The notes beneath the pieces were generated by a model. That model was not told where the DNA came from and searched no databases. It saw only the letters and a program-made list of their open reading frames with translations. A DNA stretch of 64,000 bases from Candidatus Hydrogenedentota bacterium (lineage in GTDB: Bacteria; Hydrogenedentota; Hydrogenedentia; Hydrogenedentales; JAEUWI01), in contig JAXMOL010000021.1 in NCBI GenBank assembly GCA_034669905.1, forward strand, positions 58,315 to 122,314, read 5' to 3'. Below, one piece after another: positions 9,346 through 18,889 of this stretch. Both the position numbers and the translations under genes were made by a program. Each line of letters starts with the position of its first letter. Within the stretch, counting starts at the first letter, position 1.

Positions 9346-11673
9346 TTGAGCGCAATATTGGAATCACAACGGATGGTAGAGCACGTCGGCCAGGCTTCCC
9401 TCATTGGGCGGTCACTCGGAAATTATGCCGTAGAAGCACTCCTCGGAAGGGGTGCTACCGGGGCCGTGTACCTCGCCAAGGACACCGCGCTGGGAAGACC
9501 GGTTGCGCTCAAAGTCCTCCTTGGCAGTCTCGCGCGCAGTCCGGAGCAGGTGGCCCGTTTTCTCGAAGAAGCGCGGGCCGTAGCGCCCCTGCAACACCCC
9601 CATATTGTCGGGGTTTATGAAGCCGGCATACGGGACGGGACGCCCTTCATCGCGATGGAGTACATCCAAGGCGAGGCCCTGGACCGCTTTCTTCGCCGTA
9701 ATGCCCCGTTGAATTGGCGGCATGCCCTCTATATCGCGAGCCAAGTGGCAGGGGCGTTGCATTGCGCCCATGACGCGGGCATTGTGCATCGGGATGTGAA
9801 ACCAGCCAATATTCTGTTGGATCGCCTGGGGCACGTGCGCCTGACGGATTTCGGTATCGCCCGCGTCCAGGAAGAGGTGGTGCCCCACGGGCAAGGCTAT
9901 TCCTTTTTCGGAACGCCCGACTACATGTCTCCGGAGCAATGCGGAAGCGGCGCACCCATCGGAAGGCGAAGTGATTTTTTTGCGCTGGGCGTTATGCTCT
10001 TCGAGATGATGACCGGCTCCCTGCCCTTTACCGCCGAGAGTATCCCCGCGAGGATTCAGCAAATCGTCCATGAGGAGGTGCCCCGGCTCAACCGCGTCCG
10101 GGAGGATATTCCCGATGTGGTGGCCCGGTTGGTAGCGGTCATGTTGGAAAAGTCGCCCCAGCGGCGCCCGGCAACGGGTGAAATCATCCACGCCGAAATC
10201 GTGCGCATTCAGCAGCAGGATGGCGACGCATCCGCCGTACCGGCCGCACTGAACGCATTCATACGTGAAATGGCCGTGGTACCCGAAGGCCGGGCGGACA
10301 CGCCCCTTCCCGGGGAGCGACGCCCATTGCGGGCCCCCCAGATGCGGTTGCGTCCCGAACAAAAACGACTGGCCCCCATCAGTTTCTTCGCGCAGAGCAT
10401 GCTCGTGTTGTTTATCCTGCTGGGAATGGTGGGGGTTTCGTACTGGCACATCGTGGAAGCGCCACGCCCCATCCCCAGGGCGGTGCTCCTCGACTCGGAG
10501 CTGCTCCACGTGGACGCGTCGGAGCATCTTTGGGTCCAGCTCCCCGCGCCACACTGGATGGTAGCGCGCATGGCCTGGGTCGGCGATCAGGAGGTTGCCC
10601 TTGTGTCCGTCAAGGGACGTCCCGGGACGGCCTATGATGGCAGTACAGGCATACTCGCCGTGGATGCGGAATCAAGACAGGTCTGGAGTGTGGGTGCGCC
10701 CGTTGGCCCCTTATTCGATACGGGACTCAACAGCGGACACCTGGTGTCCGTGTTGCCAGGTGCCATGCCCGCAGGTGGCGCGTCTGCGCCCTTGGCGAAC
10801 GCCTTCGTAGTGCCCTTCTTTTCGGGCAAGGTAAATGGGGAAGGCGGCTATGGTTTAATTCAGGCCCTGGCCCAGTCCTGGGAATTCTCCGCACCGGGCG
10901 ATGAACTCTTGTTTCAAATGGACGCGTCGGTGGTTGCCCCGGCCCCGCCCGAAGAGCGCTGGGCGTCAACGCCCCCCACGGTTCCCGTGGCGATTCATCC
11001 CAATGGATATACCCTTGCCATGTTGCTGTATGACGTCCCGTCGGGGAATCGCTACATTGCAGAGCGGGATGTACGTTGGCGTGACCCTGCTCGTATCGGT
11101 CGGCGTCTCACGACCACGACCGATGCCATTACGGGCCATTCCATGCGCTACAGCGACAACGGAGAACGGCTGGCCTACTTGCGGGGTGACGGAACGGCGG
11201 AACAGAGTCTTTGGGTCATCGACACCCGGGATGCCGTGCCCAACGGGGTGCCGGTTGCGACGGGACGTCTGGGGGGCTATGCCTTCAATCCCGATGGGAC
11301 CCGTGTTGCAGTAACCCACGAGCGGGATGGTGAGAGCCACATTTTATTCGTCGATACGGTGCGGGGGCGCATCGAGGGAAGTGCGGGGCCCGGACGTTGT
11401 GACGCGGCTTCCTGGCACCCGACCCAGGACTATCTGGTGGTGCAGGCTCCGGACGATGATTCTGGAGCGCCACAACTATGGCGACTGGATACCACGCCAC
11501 CCTATGTGCGAACCCGGCTGACCCAATTGGAGGCGGGCGCGCAGCAGCCGGCTTCCCTGTCGCGGAGTGGCCGTTGGCTGGGTACGGCCTCCGATACAGA
11601 CCAGGGGCCCGCCGTCTTGTTGGTGCCCCACCGGGATCAAGAATTTTCGGGGCAGGAGAGGAACGCGCTATGA
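9346..11673 (+). CDS. Hanks-type Ser/Thr protein kinase with TM and extracytoplasmic TolB/PD40-like propeller
   Basis: GRGATG, VALK, HRDVKPAN, DFG, YMSPE; TM at about aa 345-365; HPNG/SDNG/NPDG propeller turns. Start may be ATG 9373. Confidence 0.9.
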   Translation: MSAILESQRMVEHVGQASLIGRSLGNYAVEALLGRGATGAVYLAKDTALGRPVALKVLLGSLARSPEQVARFLEEARAVAPLQHPHIVGVYEAGIRDGTPFIAMEYIQGEALDRFLRRNAPLNWRHALYIASQVAGALHCAHDAGIVHRDVKPANILLDRLGHVRLTDFGIARVQEEVVPHGQGYSFFGTPDYMSPEQCGSGAPIGRRSDFFALGVMLFEMMTGSLPFTAESIPARIQQIVHEEVPRLNRVREDIPDVVARLVAVMLEKSPQRRPATGEIIHAEIVRIQQQDGDASAVPAALNAFIREMAVVPEGRADTPLPGERRPLRAPQMRLRPEQKRLAPISFFAQSMLVLFILLGMVGVSYWHIVEAPRPIPRAVLLDSELLHVDASEHLWVQLPAPHWMVARMAWVGDQEVALVSVKGRPGTAYDGSTGILAVDAESRQVWSVGAPVGPLFDTGLNSGHLVSVLPGAMPAGGASAPLANAFVVPFFSGKVNGEGGYGLIQALAQSWEFSAPGDELLFQMDASVVAPAPPEERWASTPPTVPVAIHPNGYTLAMLLYDVPSGNRYIAERDVRWRDPARIGRRLTTTTDAITGHSMRYSDNGERLAYLRGDGTAEQSLWVIDTRDAVPNGVPVATGRLGGYAFNPDGTRVAVTHERDGESHILFVDTVRGRIEGSAGPGRCDAASWHPTQDYLVVQAPDDDSGAPQLWRLDTTPPYVRTRLTQLEAGAQQPASLSRSGRWLGTASDTDQGPAVLLVPHRDQEFSGQERNAL

Positions 11674-13802
11674 ATCCGGCGGACAGCAGTGCCACCTACA
11701 CCTATGCCCTCGGTGGTTATGAAATAACATCGGCCGCAGGTGCCGGCGGAATGGGCGTTGTCTACAAGGGGATCGATCCGGCCCTGGGACGTCCTGTGGC
11801 GATTAAGGTGTTGAAGGACGAGTTGCAAACGCACGCGGCCGTGGTGGCCCGATTTCGGCGTGAAGCCGAAGCGATCGCCACCTTGAGCCATCCGAACATC
11901 GTCCGGATTTATGCGGTAGGGGATCGGGATAGCCTGCCCTATATTGTGATGGAGTATGTGGAGGGGGCGCCCCTCAGCGACCTGCTCATCGAGTCGGGAT
12001 CGCTGCCCTGGGAGGAAGCCCTCGACATTGGTGTTCAGGTGGCGGACGCCCTGGCGTGCGCCCATGAATGCCAGGTAATTCACCGGGATATAAAGCCCGC
12101 CAATATTCTCATGCGTGAGGATGGGGTGGTGAAGGTGACCGACTTCGGGATAGCGAAAGTGTTGAACGCGTCGACCCAGTTGACGGTTGACGGGGCGCGA
12201 ATTGGCACGCCCCAATACATGTGCCCGGAACGGTGTAAAAATCTCCCCATCACACCCAGCAGCGATATTTACTCCTTGGGCGTTATGCTCTTCCAATGCA
12301 TTACGGGGCGACTGCCCTTTGAAGCAAATAGCTCGGCGGAGCTGATCAATAAGATTTCTGCCGAGGTGCCCCGGAGAGTTCGTGCGCTCAAGCCCGAGGT
12401 CCCCGAGTCCGTTGACCGTCTCATCGCCTACATGTTGGAGAAAGACGCTGCGGACCGGCCGGCGGACAGCCACGTTTTGCGTGAACTGATGGAGCGGGTG
12501 CGAAGAGGCGAGTGCGTCAACGACGTACTGCCGATGGATCGTGCCCTGGAAGCCATCCGTGCGGAAACACCCCTGCCACCGCCGCCAACGGCCGAAGCAA
12601 CGACCGTCGAGTCGTGTGGCTGGTGGGCGCGTCTTCGAGGACAGTGGTTTTCCCTGCCTTCGTGGCTGCGGATAGGGCTCGCGACCGGCGTTGCCGCCTG
12701 CATTGCCATCGGGGCCGGGCGGGCCTTTCTGCCTGCCATGGAAGCGCGGGAAGATCTGACCCAACGCTTCGCTGCCCGTGCGGAGTCGGAGCGCTGGACC
12801 GAACGTAATTCGCTGGCCTATTTTGAAACGGAGTCAGGGTCTGTTGTAACGGGAACGTTGCAATTGCCGGATGTCGCGCTGGCGCAGTTTGTATGGATAG
12901 GCGGAGCCGATGGCGCGGTCGCGCTGCTTGACGGGCAGGCCGGCGCATCTCGTGAAGGAGCACGCTCCCTGTTGACGATGAATCCCTATTTGCGGCAGGT
13001 CAATGTTTCGCTGGCCCCCTTTGGCTCACCCAAGGTCCCCAGTGACTTGTGTCTGTTGGGCGCGGGCAATGGCAGGGCCGGAACGTCGGGCATGGTGTTG
13101 ACCCAGGACGGCGCGACGTGGTTTCTGAAAACGATCCCGGGTGCCGTTCCGGAAATGATTGCGCCCTGGCCCGCGACCGTGGCAACCCTGCTGACCGGGA
13201 CAGATCGTGATGTGTTGTTATTTCTCAAGGAGGACGGCGTCGGCCGTCTCGTACGGGTAGATGAACGTCGTCCCGGGGTATTTTCCCAGGAAGTCTCGTT
13301 GGATGGCGTGGTACAGCAAATGGCGGTGGACGCGGGTGGGGAGACGCTTGCGCTCTGGATTCGTAACGGGACCGGGGAACGAATCGAATGGCGCGCGATG
13401 AATCGCCTGGACGATGCGGGCACGGTGGTGGCCGAGGGTGCCCTGCATCTCAGCCGCCGAGCCATACAGCCCGAGGGCGGGGGGATTGCCGTGGTAAGCG
13501 ATGTGAACGGGGGGATCGGACAGGCGGTTATTCAATCCCGTTTCAACCCCAATGATCGTCGCGTGCTCGGTGAGGCCAGCGAGGTGGCATGGCGACCCGG
13601 GGCAGACGAGCTAATCCTGATGGCCCCGGACCATGCGGGGCGGCGTCAGCTATGGCGCGTGCCGGCCGCCCAGCCTGATGGGCGCACCCAAATTACATTC
13701 CTGGATTCCGGGTTGGGGACTTCCTTCTGCATCGCGGATGACGGGGCCTATGCCGTGGCCAATGTGCCTGACTCCAATCGTTTTGTGATTGTCGCGTTGT
13801 AG
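11670..13802 (+). CDS. Second Hanks-type Ser/Thr kinase with TM and TolB-like propeller
   Basis: ATGA overlap with the previous stop; GAGGMG, VAIK, HRDIKPAN, DFG, YMCPE. Confidence 0.9.
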   Translation: MNPADSSATYTYALGGYEITSAAGAGGMGVVYKGIDPALGRPVAIKVLKDELQTHAAVVARFRREAEAIATLSHPNIVRIYAVGDRDSLPYIVMEYVEGAPLSDLLIESGSLPWEEALDIGVQVADALACAHECQVIHRDIKPANILMREDGVVKVTDFGIAKVLNASTQLTVDGARIGTPQYMCPERCKNLPITPSSDIYSLGVMLFQCITGRLPFEANSSAELINKISAEVPRRVRALKPEVPESVDRLIAYMLEKDAADRPADSHVLRELMERVRRGECVNDVLPMDRALEAIRAETPLPPPPTAEATTVESCGWWARLRGQWFSLPSWLRIGLATGVAACIAIGAGRAFLPAMEAREDLTQRFAARAESERWTERNSLAYFETESGSVVTGTLQLPDVALAQFVWIGGADGAVALLDGQAGASREGARSLLTMNPYLRQVNVSLAPFGSPKVPSDLCLLGAGNGRAGTSGMVLTQDGATWFLKTIPGAVPEMIAPWPATVATLLTGTDRDVLLFLKEDGVGRLVRVDERRPGVFSQEVSLDGVVQQMAVDAGGETLALWIRNGTGERIEWRAMNRLDDAGTVVAEGALHLSRRAIQPEGGGIAVVSDVNGGIGQAVIQSRFNPNDRRVLGEASEVAWRPGADELILMAPDHAGRRQLWRVPAAQPDGRTQITFLDSGLGTSFCIADDGAYAVANVPDSNRFVIVAL

Positions 13803-13845
13803 AATAGTCTTTCGAGGGGGGCTGGTGGTGTCCCGGTTTTCGCGG

Positions 13846-14778
13846 TCAGTTGTTTTCCTCTTCCACCTGCAGGCCTTTTCCCCACTGGTGGATGGCGCCG
13901 CCCTTATCGCCACCTGCCGTCTTGGCCTCGGCCAGGGATTCCTCGAGGCGTGGAAGGACGATTTCCAGGGTGTCTCCGTCATCGGGCAGCTGCAGTAGAC
14001 TTGCCGAAAAGGTCAGGTCATAGCCCGCCACAGCCATGGCGATCGTGCCGAGTTGTTCCTGAATACGACGAACCAGTATGAGCGCCCCTTCACTGGGGGT
14101 CTCGGGTAGAAACAGCAGGAACTGCCCTCCCTGGTAGCGCCCGGCAATGTCCATGGCACGGATGCTGGTCAAAATCACGCCGGAGAGGCAGGTGAGGAGT
14201 AAATCCCCCATGGAAACGCCGCTTTCGGTATTCACTTCGGTGAAGGAATCAATATCGATCAGCACCAGGCTGGCCGTACGCTTGTAACGGGCTACCCGAC
14301 GGAGTTCGTCAATCAGATCCTTTTCCAGTGCCGGCCGATTGAGGAGTCGGGTGAGCGGATCGACGCGCACCATTTCCTCATAGGAGCGGCGACGCTCAAT
14401 GACCGCCTGCACGTGGGCCACCAGAATGACCGGATCAAAAGGCTTCACCAGACAATCATCCACGCCGCTGCGCAGGGCGCGGACATGGGTTTCTACCTGA
14501 CTTCCGTCGATGAGAAACAGAAAGGGGATGTCTCGGGTGAGGGGACTGAGCATGCACTTTTCCCGGAGGCGGGCCCCATCGATGGCGGCCACCCCATGTT
14601 CGGATACGACCACGTCCACGGGACCGTCCTTTAACCGTTTCAGGGCCTCCCAGCCATCCGCAGCGGATCGGACATGAAAGTTCGCACGGCTCAGGTATTC
14701 CCGCATGAGATGCAGTGCATTGGCATCATTTTCAACGAGTAGCACATTCCGTTGACGCATCGTGGACTTTATGGACAT
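13846..14778 (-). CDS. Pseudo-receiver plus degenerate GGDEF domain protein
   Basis: REC fold (VLLVEND...KPF) with VVVSE at the phosphoacceptor position; DPLTRLLNR, DIDSF, RAMDIAGRYQGGQF. Confidence 0.85.
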   Translation of the reverse strand: MSIKSTMRQRNVLLVENDANALHLMREYLSRANFHVRSAADGWEALKRLKDGPVDVVVSEHGVAAIDGARLREKCMLSPLTRDIPFLFLIDGSQVETHVRALRSGVDDCLVKPFDPVILVAHVQAVIERRRSYEEMVRVDPLTRLLNRPALEKDLIDELRRVARYKRTASLVLIDIDSFTEVNTESGVSMGDLLLTCLSGVILTSIRAMDIAGRYQGGQFLLFLPETPSEGALILVRRIQEQLGTIAMAVAGYDLTFSASLLQLPDDGDTLEIVLPRLEESLAEAKTAGGDKGGAIHQWGKGLQVEEENN

Positions 14779-14813
14779 GGGGTGATTGGTTTCCCTCTGG
14801 GCAGTTGCTGGAT

Positions 14814-16247
14814 TCAGTGGTTGTCAGGGGTGTCGGGTGTGTCGGAATCGGTGTTGTGTGAGGCCCCGATCAGGATCAAGGTCCCGATGGTGCCTGCAAC
14901 GATACTGGCGATGAGCGTGCCTACTTTTGAACCCGCGAGGTAATCGGCCATGTGACTGGCGGATTCCACGGCGCCGTGTCCCGCGTCGTGTCCGATAGGG
15001 AAGGCGAGGCCACCGATAAAGAGAGACATGGTAAAGCCGATGCCCGCGAGCCAGGTCACGCCATAGATTTGCATCCACCGGACTCCTTGGGGGAGTTCGG
15101 CGAGGCCAGCCTTTACGGTGAGCCAACTGGCCCCGAAGATGCCCACTTGCTTGCCGACGATCAGGCCGAGAATAACACCCCAGGTAACCCGTTGATTGAA
15201 AATCTCACCAATATGGCTGAAGTCCAGATGGACCCCGGAATTGGCAAAGGCGAATACGGGCATGATGAGGAAGGCGGTGAGGGGGTGGAGCTTGTGTTCA
15301 ATACGCTGCAGGGGGGCTTCCACGTGGATACACTCGGCTTCAATGGCACGCACGACGCGCTGTTGCCGGGAATTGACCAGGAGTGGATTCACATTGTCTT
15401 CCGCCTGGTGGAAGCGTTGGAGCAGCTTGTTAATACGGCTGATGAACAAGGGCGTTTCATACCGGGCATCCGCCGGCACAGTAAAGGCAAAGAGAACGCC
15501 TGCGATGGTGGCATGCACCCCGGAGAGGAAGAATTCGACCCAGATGACCCCCGCCATCATGACGAATACCAGGGCATTCCGAACGCCCATCCGGGCAAAG
15601 ATAAAGGACAGAATGATCATGGCCAGGCCTACCATAAGTGGGCGCATGGTAATGGCTTCCGTGTAGAAGAGGGCAATGACGGTGACGGACCCCAGATCAT
15701 CCACAATGGCCAGGGCTATCAGGAATACGGCGAGGCCGGTGGGTATCCGTTTGGAGAGCAGTCCCAGCACACCCGCCGCGAAGGCAATATCGGTGGCCAT
15801 AGGAATGCCCCAGCCAATGGAGGTCTCACTGCCGTAGTTAACGAGTGAATAAACGAGCGCCGGGCAAACCATGCCGCCGATGGCCGCTGCAATGGGAAGC
15901 AGGGCCTTCCGGAAGGAGGCGAGTTCGCCCACCAGCAGTTCACGCTTTATTTCCAGCCCGACAATGAAGAAGAAGATGGCCATAAGTCCATCATTGATCA
16001 GGTGATGCAGTGATTTAGAGATGACTTCGCCGTGAATATAAAAGCCCAGATCCAAATGCCATATATCCGCATACCACTCGTATAAGGGGCGTCCATTTAT
16101 TATCAATCCACTGTTCGCCATGAAAAAGGCGGCGGCGGCGGCAAAAAGCAGAAATATGGCCGCCATGGCATCATGGTGCAGGATTTTTTGAAGGGTGGAC
16201 ACTTGCTCCAACTCGGGGATCGTGGTGCCTTTTTTCTTTTCACTCAT
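14814..16247 (-). CDS. nhaA: Na+/H+ antiporter NhaA
   Basis: INDGLMAIFFFIVGLEIKRE, GWGIPMATDIAF, LAIVDDLG, SGVHATIAG, GIGFTMSLFI. Confidence 0.95.
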   Translation of the reverse strand: MSEKKKGTTIPELEQVSTLQKILHHDAMAAIFLLFAAAAAFFMANSGLIINGRPLYEWYADIWHLDLGFYIHGEVISKSLHHLINDGLMAIFFFIVGLEIKRELLVGELASFRKALLPIAAAIGGMVCPALVYSLVNYGSETSIGWGIPMATDIAFAAGVLGLLSKRIPTGLAVFLIALAIVDDLGSVTVIALFYTEAITMRPLMVGLAMIILSFIFARMGVRNALVFVMMAGVIWVEFFLSGVHATIAGVLFAFTVPADARYETPLFISRINKLLQRFHQAEDNVNPLLVNSRQQRVVRAIEAECIHVEAPLQRIEHKLHPLTAFLIMPVFAFANSGVHLDFSHIGEIFNQRVTWGVILGLIVGKQVGIFGASWLTVKAGLAELPQGVRWMQIYGVTWLAGIGFTMSLFIGGLAFPIGHDAGHGAVESASHMADYLAGSKVGTLIASIVAGTIGTLILIGASHNTDSDTPDTPDNH

Positions 16248-16659
16248 GGAGTGTGTGTTCCTCATGCGTTCCGTCGGTGCGGATTCGGTCAATGTGTTCA
16301 GGGATAGCGCTGTTCCGTGAACTGGGAACAGGCCCGCTTCATGGGGAGCGTACGATTCTTATTTTTCAGGATAGGCGGTCTTTTTGTCAACTAATTTTGG
16401 CAAATAGCGGGAAATGAAGGGCCCACAGAACCCGTCAACGTGCGGCCAAAAGGGCGATCAGGCGGTCCTTGTATGCGTGGCGTCAATGCTTAAGGGGGGC
16501 CATTGCACTCTACAGGGGGCATTGTATATACTTCCTGTTCGCTTAGTTTTTGGGGATTCTTTGAATCATAAATCTTTTTTTGGGAGGTATTTCCGCCGCG
16601 CTATTAATGGCGTAGCGGTTGCATCGCCCTTCGTAACAGCAAGCAGCATGGAGAACGCG

Positions 16660-17919
16660 ATGAGTATGGCCCATCTTTCGTTGGATAGCAACAAGTATGA
16701 GTTTCCTACGTTTGCTGGATCAGAAAATGAGGTTGCGATAGATTGCAGCACGCTTCGGAACGCAACCGGAGCGATAACCTATGATCCAGGCTACGGCAAC
16801 ACCGGCTCCTGCAAGAGTGCCATCACCTTTATTGATGGGGAAAAGGGAATACTCCGGTATCGCGGCTATCCCATCGAAGACTTGGCCGGCAATCTGAAGT
16901 TTTCACAAGTCGCTTACCTCCTTATTCATGGTGAACTGCCGAACGCCACCGAGTTTTCCGCCTGGCGCGAAGAGCTGACCCGGAACAGCCTGGTTCACGA
17001 GAGCCTCCTGAAGTTCTTCGACCACTTTCCTGTTACGGCCCACCCCATGAACATCCTGGCCTCCATGGTCTCTTCCATGTCCTCCTTCTACCCCTACGAT
17101 GGGGAAGATGAAGAGCACATCAATCTGAACATCATGCGCCTCATGGGGCAAGTCAAGACCTTGGCCGCTATCTCCTACAAGAAATCGGTCGGTCAGGCCG
17201 TCATTTACCCCCGCTCGGATCTGAGCTACTCGGCCAACTTCCTTCGCATGATGTTCGGAACGCCGACCGAAGACTATGAAGTTTCCCCGGTCCTCGAACG
17301 GGCCTTGGATGCCCTCCTCATTCTCCACGCCGACCACGAGCAGAATTGCAGCACGTCGACGGTGCGCATGGTGGGCAGCAGCCGCGCCAATCTCTACGCC
17401 TCTATTTCCGCCGGAGTCAATGCCCTGTGGGGCCCGCTCCACGGCGGCGCCAACCAGGCAGTGCTGGAAATGCTGGAGATGATCCAGGCAGATGGGGGTA
17501 ATTATAAGAAATATGTAGAAAAGGCGAAAGATAAGGACGATCCCTTCCGCCTGATGGGCTTTGGGCATCGGGTGTATAAGAATTTTGATCCCCGCGCCCG
17601 TTTGCTGTGCAAGGCGGCGGATGAGGTACTCAACGAACTGGGCATCTCCGATCCGCTCCTGGATATTGCGAAGAACCTGGAAGAAATTGCCCTTAACGAT
17701 CCCTTCTTTGTGGAGCGCAAACTTTACCCCAACGTGGACTTCTACAGCGGTATCATCTATCGGGCCATGGGAATCCCCACGGAAATGTTTACCGTGCTCT
17801 TTTCCATCGGTCGGATGCCGGGCTGGATTGCCCATTGGCTCGAAATGCGCAACGACCCCGACGGTCGTATCCACCGCCCCCGGCAGATTTATACGGGTCC
17901 CACGGAACGACGTCTCTAA
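16660..17919 (+). CDS. gltA: Citrate synthase (type II)
   Basis: TYDPGYGNTGSCKSAITFIDGEKGILRYRGYPIE, HADHEQNCSTS, GPLHGGAN, GFGHRVYK, YPNVDFYSG. Confidence 0.97.
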   Translation: MSMAHLSLDSNKYEFPTFAGSENEVAIDCSTLRNATGAITYDPGYGNTGSCKSAITFIDGEKGILRYRGYPIEDLAGNLKFSQVAYLLIHGELPNATEFSAWREELTRNSLVHESLLKFFDHFPVTAHPMNILASMVSSMSSFYPYDGEDEEHINLNIMRLMGQVKTLAAISYKKSVGQAVIYPRSDLSYSANFLRMMFGTPTEDYEVSPVLERALDALLILHADHEQNCSTSTVRMVGSSRANLYASISAGVNALWGPLHGGANQAVLEMLEMIQADGGNYKKYVEKAKDKDDPFRLMGFGHRVYKNFDPRARLLCKAADEVLNELGISDPLLDIAKNLEEIALNDPFFVERKLYPNVDFYSGIIYRAMGIPTEMFTVLFSIGRMPGWIAHWLEMRNDPDGRIHRPRQIYTGPTERRL

Positions 17920-17938
17920 TATCCTTTACTGTTTTTGT

Positions 17939-17971
17939 CGCCCCTGCTCGCCTTCGAGTGGGGGCGTTTTT
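17939..17971 (+). terminator. Rho-independent terminator after gltA
   Basis: cgcccctgctcg-cctt-cgagtgggggcg followed by TTTTT. Confidence 0.75.
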
Positions 17972-18117
17972 GCAGGGGGCATGGGGCGAATAAAAAGGTC
18001 GCTTTGCGGGTAGGTCCCTTACGGCCGGTGCGTTGAACCCGTTGGAGCTACCGGGTATCATCGTTGTTGGAACACGTCGCGTGATGTGAAGTCGTTTGGG
18101 ATAAGGGAAACAGGTCC

Positions 18118-18759
18118 ATGGAAGCGCTAACCCTCTTGGGCACGGTATTTGGCCTCGGCTTTGTGTCGGGACTCAACCTCTACGCTACGGTGATTAGTGT
18201 GGGGCTTATCGTCCGTTTGAATCTGGCGACGCTGCCGGAATCCATGGCAGGGCTTGAGGTGATGGGCCATCCCACGGTCATGATCGTCGCAGGGATACTT
18301 TTCGGGGTAGAATTTTTCGCTGATAAGATCCCCTGGGTGGACTCGACATGGGATAGCATCCACACGGTGATTCGACCGGTGGGTGCTGCGGTTGTCGGGG
18401 GATACGCGTTGACCGGGGGCGACCCCGCGATTGAGACGGCCCTGGCACTTGCCTGCGGTGGTGTGGCCCTGACGAGTCATACGACGAAGGCCAGCACCCG
18501 TGTGATGGTGAACGCCAGCCCGGAACCGGTCTCCAACGGATTCCTCAGTCTCTTTGAAGATGTCGTGGTGGTTGTGGGTGTGGGGTTAACCTTTCTTGCC
18601 CCCATGGTTGCACTGGCGTTGGTTGTCATCTTTCTTCTCTTTTTCCTGTGGCTGGCCCCAAAGTTCTATCGCATTCTCAAAGGAACTGCGGGCTATATCG
18701 GTCGCTTTCTGCGTCGGCGGGATCCGGTGCGCCCGCCAGAACAGGACCCGAGTTCCTGA
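18118..18759 (+). CDS. DUF4126-like membrane protein
   Basis: SGLNLYAT, EFFADKIPWVDSTWDSIHTVIRP, SPEPVSN..LSLFED. Confidence 0.85.
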   Translation: MEALTLLGTVFGLGFVSGLNLYATVISVGLIVRLNLATLPESMAGLEVMGHPTVMIVAGILFGVEFFADKIPWVDSTWDSIHTVIRPVGAAVVGGYALTGGDPAIETALALACGGVALTSHTTKASTRVMVNASPEPVSNGFLSLFEDVVVVVGVGLTFLAPMVALALVVIFLLFFLWLAPKFYRILKGTAGYIGRFLRRRDPVRPPEQDPSS

Positions 18760-18770
18760 GCCACACCCAT

Positions 18771-18824
18771 CTAATCACGCTCGAATCTTCCCCTCATGGT
18801 TGCCACATGGTTTAGGGCTATCCT
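18771..18824 (+). promoter_or_regulatory. Pho-box-like 11-bp tandem repeats plus a -10 element upstream of btaA
   Basis: CCCTCAT-ggtt-GCCACAT (7-4-7), then exactly 10 bp, then TATCCT. Two weaker in-phase units (ctaat, cgaat) lie upstream. Confidence 0.5.
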
Positions 18825-18889
18825 GCGCTACGGTGTTTGTTTCAACCGTAGGCCACGGGGCAAGAGCCTCCAAGGGATAGGGCGACTCG

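Noticed and set aside
11478..11669. N-terminal extensions given in the ORF track (also 2618-2839, 16414-16659, 35935-36171, 53691-53843)
   Set aside because: Downstream starts with an RBS or translational coupling match the family N-termini better
16903..17874. Long antisense ORFs opposite conserved genes (also 9412-10554, 24559-25692, 29047-30210, 42800-43933, 48916-49980)
   Set aside because: Expected by-product of GC-biased codon usage; no recognisable motifs
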